This document shows, one piece after another, positions 57,600 to 64,000 of a stretch of 64,000 nucleotides of DNA. The stretch spans positions 53,940,001-54,004,000 of the forward strand of contig OZ024741.1 of NCBI GenBank assembly GCA_964016885.1, in the 5' to 3' direction. The translations under genes were made by a program, and so were the position numbers. Origin of the DNA: Eledone cirrhosa (lineage: Eukaryota). Below the pieces are notes generated by a model, which was given only the letters and a program-made list of their open reading frames with translations, did no database searches and was not told the DNA's origin. Every line of letters begins with the position of its first letter. Position 1 is the stretch's first letter.

Positions 57600-60500
57600 C
57601 AATGTAATAACAACAACAACAGTAATAACACCAACAACAACGGTAATAACTACAACAACAGTAATAACTACAACAACAATAATAACTACAACAACGGTAA
57701 TAACTCCAACAACAGTAATAACTACAACAACAATAATAACTACAACAACGGTAATAACTACAACAACAGTAATAACTACAACAACAGTAATAACTACAAC
57801 AATGGTAATAACTACAACAACAACAGTAATAACTACAAGAAAAACAGTAATAACTACAACAACAACAGTAATAACTCTAACAACAACAATAATAACTCCA
57901 ACAACAGTAATAACTCCAACAACAACAATAATAACTACAACAACAACAGTAATAATTAGAACAACAGTAATAACTACAACAACAGTAATAACTACAACAA
58001 GAAGAGTAATAACTACAACAACAGTAATAACTCCAACAACAGCAGTAATAACTCCAACAACAACAGTAATAACTACAACAACAGTAATAACTACAACAAC
58101 AACAATAATAACTACAACAACGGTAATAACTCCAACAACAACAGTAATAACTACAAAAACAGTAATAACTCCAACAACAACAGTAATAACTCCAACAACA
58201 GCAGTAATAACTACAAAAAAGTAATAACTACAACAGCAACAGAAATAACTACAACAACAATAGTAATAACAACAACAACAGTATTAACTACAACAGCAGT
58301 AATAACTACAACAACAGTAATAACTACAACAACAACAACAGTAATAACAACAACAACAGTAATAACTACAACAACAATAGTAATAACAACAACAACAGTG
58401 ATGACTACAAGAAAAACAGTAATAACTACAAAAACAACAGTAATAACTACAACAACAACAGTAATAACTACAACAACAACAGTAATAACAACAACAACAG
58501 TAATAACTACAACAACAATAGTAATAATAACTACAACAACAGTAATAACTACAACAACGGTAATAACTACAAGAAAAACAGTAATAACTACAACAACAGT
58601 AATAACTACAACAGCAGTAATAACTACAACAACAGTAATAACAACAAGAAAAACAGTAATAACTACAACAACAACAGTAATAACTACAACAACAATAGTA
58701 ATAACAACTACAACAACAGTAATAACTACAACAACGGTAATAACTACAAGAAAAACAGTAATAACTACAACAACAGTAATAACTACAACAGCAGTAATAA
58801 CTACAACAACAGTAATAACTACAAGATAAAAAGTAATAACTACAACAACAGTAATAACTACAACAACAAAAGTAATAACTTCAACAACAGTAATAATTAC
58901 AACAACAGTAATAGATACAACAACAACAGTAATAACTAAAACAACAGTAATAACTACAACAACAACAGTAATAACTACAACATCAGTAATAACTCAAACA
59001 ACAGTAATAACTACAACAACAACAGTAATAACTTCAACAACAACAGTAATAACTACAACGACAGTAATAACTACAACAACAAGAGTAATAACAACAACAA
59101 CAGTAATAACAACAACAACAGTAATAAATCCAACAACAACAGTAATAACTCCAACAACAGCAGCAATAACTCCAACAACAACAGTAATAACTACAAAAAC
59201 AGTAATAACTCCAACAACAACAGTAATAACTCCAACAACAGCAGTAATAACTACAAAAAAAGTAATAACTACAACAGCAACAGAAATAACTACAACAGCA
59301 ATAGTAATAACAACAACAACAGTATTAACTACAACAGCAGTAATAACTACAACAACAACAGTAATAACTACAACAACAACAGTAATAACAACAACAACAG
59401 TAATAACTACAACAACAATAGTAATAATAACTACAACAACAGTAATAACTACAACAACGGTAATAACTACAAGAAAAACAGTAATAACTACAACAACAGT
59501 AATGACTACAACAGCAGTAATAACTACAACAACAGTAATAACGACAAGAAAAACAGTAATAACTACAACAACAACAGTAATAACTACAACAACAATAGTA
59601 ATAACAACTACAACAACAGTAATAACTACAACAACGGTAATAACTACAAGAAAAACAGTAATAACTACAACAACAGTAATAACTACAACAGCAGTAATAA
59701 CTACAACAACAGTAATAACTACAAGATAAACAGTAATAACTACAACAACAGTAATAACTACAACAACAAAAGTAATAACTTCAACAACAGTAATAATTAC
59801 AACAACAGTAATAAATACAACAACAACAGTAATAACTAATACAACAGTAATAACTACAACAACAACAGTAATAACTACAACATCAGTAATAACTCAAACA
59901 ACAGTAATAACTACAACAACAACAGTAATAACTTCAACAACAACAGTAATAACTACAACGACAGTAATAACTACAACAACAAGAGTAATAACAACAACAA
60001 CAGTAATAACAACAACAACAGTAATAAATCCAACAACAACAGTAATAACTCCAACAACAGCAGCAATAACTACAACAACAACAGTAATAACTACAACAAC
60101 AACAGTAATAACTACAACAGCAGTAATAACTCCAACAACAACAGTAATAACTCCAACAACAACAGTAATAACAACAACAAAAACAGTAATAACTACAACA
60201 ACAACAGTAATAACTCCAACAACAACAGTAATAACTCCAACAGCAACAATAATAACTACAACAACAACAGTAATAATTAAAACAACAGTAATAACTACAA
60301 CAACAACATTAATAACTACAACAACAGTAATAACTACAACAACAACATTAATAACTACAACAACATTAATAACTACAACAACAGTAATAACTACAACAAC
60401 AACATTAATAACTACAACAACATTAATAACTACAACAACAACAGTAATAACTACAACAACAATAGTAATAACAACAACATCAGTAATAACTACAACAGCA

Positions 60501-63500
60501 GTAATAACTACAACAGTAATAACTATAACAACAACAGTAATAACAACAACAGTAATAACTACAACAACAAGAGTAATAACAACAACAACAGTAATAACAA
60601 CAATAACAGTAATAAATCCAACAACAACAGTAATAACTCCAACAACAGCAGCAATAACTACAACAACAACAGTAATAAATACAACAACAACAGTAATAAC
60701 TACAACAGCAGTAATAACTCCAACAACAACAGTAATAACTCCAACAACAACAGTAATAACAACAACAAAAACAGTAATAACAACAACAAAAACAGTAATA
60801 ACTACAACAACAACAGTAATAACTCCAACAACAACAGTAATAACTCCAACAGCAACAATAATAACTACAACAACAACAGTAATAATTAAAACAACAGTAA
60901 TAACTACAACAACAACATTAATAACTACAACAACAGTAATAACTACAACAACAACATTAATAACTACAACAACATTAAAAACTACAACAACAGTAATAAC
61001 TACAACAACAACATTAATAACTACAACAACATTAATAACTACAACAACAACAGTAATAACTACAACAACAATACTAATAACAACAACATCAGTAATAACT
61101 ACAACAGCAGTAATAACTACAACAGTAATAACTATAACAACAACAGTAATAACAACAACAGTAATAACTACAACAACAAGAGTAATAACAACAACAACAG
61201 TAATAACAACAATAACAGTAATATCTCCAACAACAACAGTAATAACTAAAATAACAACAGTAATAACTCAAACAACAGTAATAACTACAAAAACAGTAGT
61301 GACTACAACAACAGTAATAACTACAACAACAACAGTAATATCAACAACAAAAACAGTAATAACTCCAACAACAACAGTAATAACTACAACAACAACAGTA
61401 ATAACTACAACAGTAATAACTACAACAACATCTGTAATAACTACAACAACAGTAATAACTCCAACAACAACAATAATAACTACAACAACCGTAATAACTA
61501 CAACAACAAGAGTAATAACTACAAAAACAGTAATAACTACAACAACATCAGTAATAACTACGACAACATCAGTAATAACTACAACAACAACAGTAATAAC
61601 TCCAACAACAACAGCAATAATAACTACAACCACGGTAATAACTCCAACAACAACAGTAATAACTACAACAACAGTAATAACTCCAACAACAACAGTAATA
61701 ACTCCAACAACAGCAGTAATAACTACAACAACCGTAATAACTACAACAACAACAGTAATAACACCAACAACAGTAATAACTACAACAACAACAGTAATAA
61801 TTACAACAACAGTAATAACTACAACAACAATAATAACCACAACAACAGTAATAACTACAACAACAACAGTAATAACTCCAACAACTGCAGCAATAACACC
61901 AACAACAACAGTAATAACTCCAACAACAACATTAATAACACACAACAACAGTAATAACTCCAACAACAACAGTAATAACTACAACAACAGTAATAACGAC
62001 AACAGTAATAACTACAATAACAACGGTAATAACTCCAACAACAACAGTAATAACTCAAACAACAGTAATAACTACAAAAACAGTAGTGACTACAACAACA
62101 GTAATAACTATAACAACAACAGTAATAACTACAACAAAGTAACAACTACAACAACAACAGTAATAACTACAACAACAACAGTAATAACTACAACAACAGC
62201 AGTAATAACAACAACAACCGTAGTACTACAACAACAACAGTAATAACTACAATAACAACAGTAGTACTACAACAACAACAGTAATAACAACAACAACAAC
62301 AGTAATAACTACAACAACAGTAGTAAAAACTCCAACAACAACAGTAATAACTAAAATAACAACAGTAATAACTACAACACAACAGTAATAACTACTACAA
62401 CAACAGTAATAACTACAACAACAATAGTAATAACTACAACAATAGTAATAACTACAATAACAACAGTATTATCAACAACAACAACAGTAATAACTACAAC
62501 AACAATAGTAATAACCACAAGAACAACAGTAATAACTACAACAACAGTAATAACTACAACAATAACAGTAATAACCACAACAACAACAGTAATAACTACA
62601 ACCACAGAAATAACCCCAACAACAGTATTAACTACAACAGTAATAACTACAACAACAATAACAGTAATAACTACTACAACAACAGTAATAACTCCAACGA
62701 CAGCAGCAATAACTACAACAACAATAGTAATAACTACAACAACAACAGTAATAATTACAACAACAACACTAATAAATACGACAACAGCTGTAATAACTAC
62801 AACAACAACAGGAATAACTCCAACAACAACAGTAATAACTAAAACAGCAACAGGAATAAATACAACAACAGTAGTAACTACAACACCAGTAATAACTACA
62901 ACAACATGATTAATAACTACAACAAAGACAGTAATAACTCCAACAACAACAGTAATAACTACAACAACAACAGTAATAACTACAACAACAACAGTAATAA
63001 CTAAAACAACAACAGTAATAACTCCAACAACAGTAATAACTACAACAACAACAATAATAACTACAACAACAAGAACGGTAATAACTACAACAACAGTAAT
63101 AACTACAACAACAACAGTAATAACTACAACAGCAACAGTAATAACTACAACAACAGTAATAACTTCAACAACAACAGTATTAACTACAACAACAACAGTA
63201 ATAACTCCAATGACAACAGTAATAACTACAACAACAACAGTAATAACTCCAACAACAGTAATAAATACAATAACAACAGTAATAACTACAACAACAATAA
63301 TAACTACAACAACATCATTAATATCTACAACAACAGTAATAACTACAACAACAACAGTAATAACTAGAACAACAGTAATAACTCCAACAACAACAGTAAT
63401 AACTACAAAAACAGTAATAACTACAACAACAGTAATAACAACAACAGTAATAACTACAACAACAGTAATAACTCCAACAACAACAGTAATAACTACAACA

Positions 63501-64000
63501 ACAGTAATAACTACAACAACAACAGTAATAACAACAACAGTAATAACTACAATAACAACGGTAATAACTCCAACAACAACAGTAATAACTCCAACAACAA
63601 CAGTAATAACTACAAGAAAAACAGTAATAACTACAACAACAACAGTAATAACAACAACAGTAATAACTACAACAACAACAGTAATAACAACAACAAGAGT
63701 AATAACTACAACAACAACAGTAATAACAACAACAGTAATAACTACAATAACAACAGTAATAACTACAACAACAACAGTAATAACTGCAACAACAGTAATA
63801 ACTACAACAACAGTAATAACCCCAACAACAGTAATAACTACAACAACAACAGTAATAACTACAACAACAACATTATTAACTACAACAACAATAGTAATAA
63901 CAACAACAACAGTAATAACTACAACAGCAGTAATAACTACAACAACAGTAATAACTATAACAACAATAGTTATAACAACAACAACAGTAATAACTACAAC
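57600..64000. repeat. Minisatellite array of GTAATAACT(ACA)n units (15-24 bp)
   Basis: Seen directly. It runs off the window end and has higher-order duplications. Confidence 0.95.

Noticed and set aside
57802-62605. (VITTTT)n ORFs as a mucin gene
   Set aside because: The open frame is intrinsic to the repeat unit. It is broken by frameshifts and has no unique coding flank.
57600-64000. CRISPR-like array
   Set aside because: There are no unique spacers and no cas genes. It is a eukaryotic tandem repeat.

Overview
This is AT-rich, repeat-dense animal genomic DNA. The tRNA-SINE families and extreme (TA)n/(CA)n load suggest a cephalopod, probably an octopus (inferred from memory, not searched). 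No intact host gene or intact transposon ORF is visible, and most ORFs in the track are microsatellite artefacts. The window holds decayed non-LTR retrotransposons: a Tx1/L1 3' part, three Proto2/CR1-like LINE copies, RTE fragments and an R4/Dong-like restriction-like endonuclease (RLE) fragment. It also holds many tRNA-SINEs, two tiny mariner-type MITEs, and a 6.4 kb triplet-phased minisatellite with higher-order duplications. The main hidden signal is a dense set of Penelope-like (PLE) or retrozyme-like elements inserted in (TA)n tracts. They show inverted and tandem pseudo-LTRs and two GIY-YIG remnants. About 16 minimal type I hammerhead ribozyme motifs from about 9 distinct families could be folded by eye. 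Two families carry the compensatory U3-A8 core (UUGAAAA), and several copies are truncated or inverted inside hammerhead stem II. A splice-site-bounded Pro/Thr-rich candidate exon lies on the minus strand at 56523-57483.
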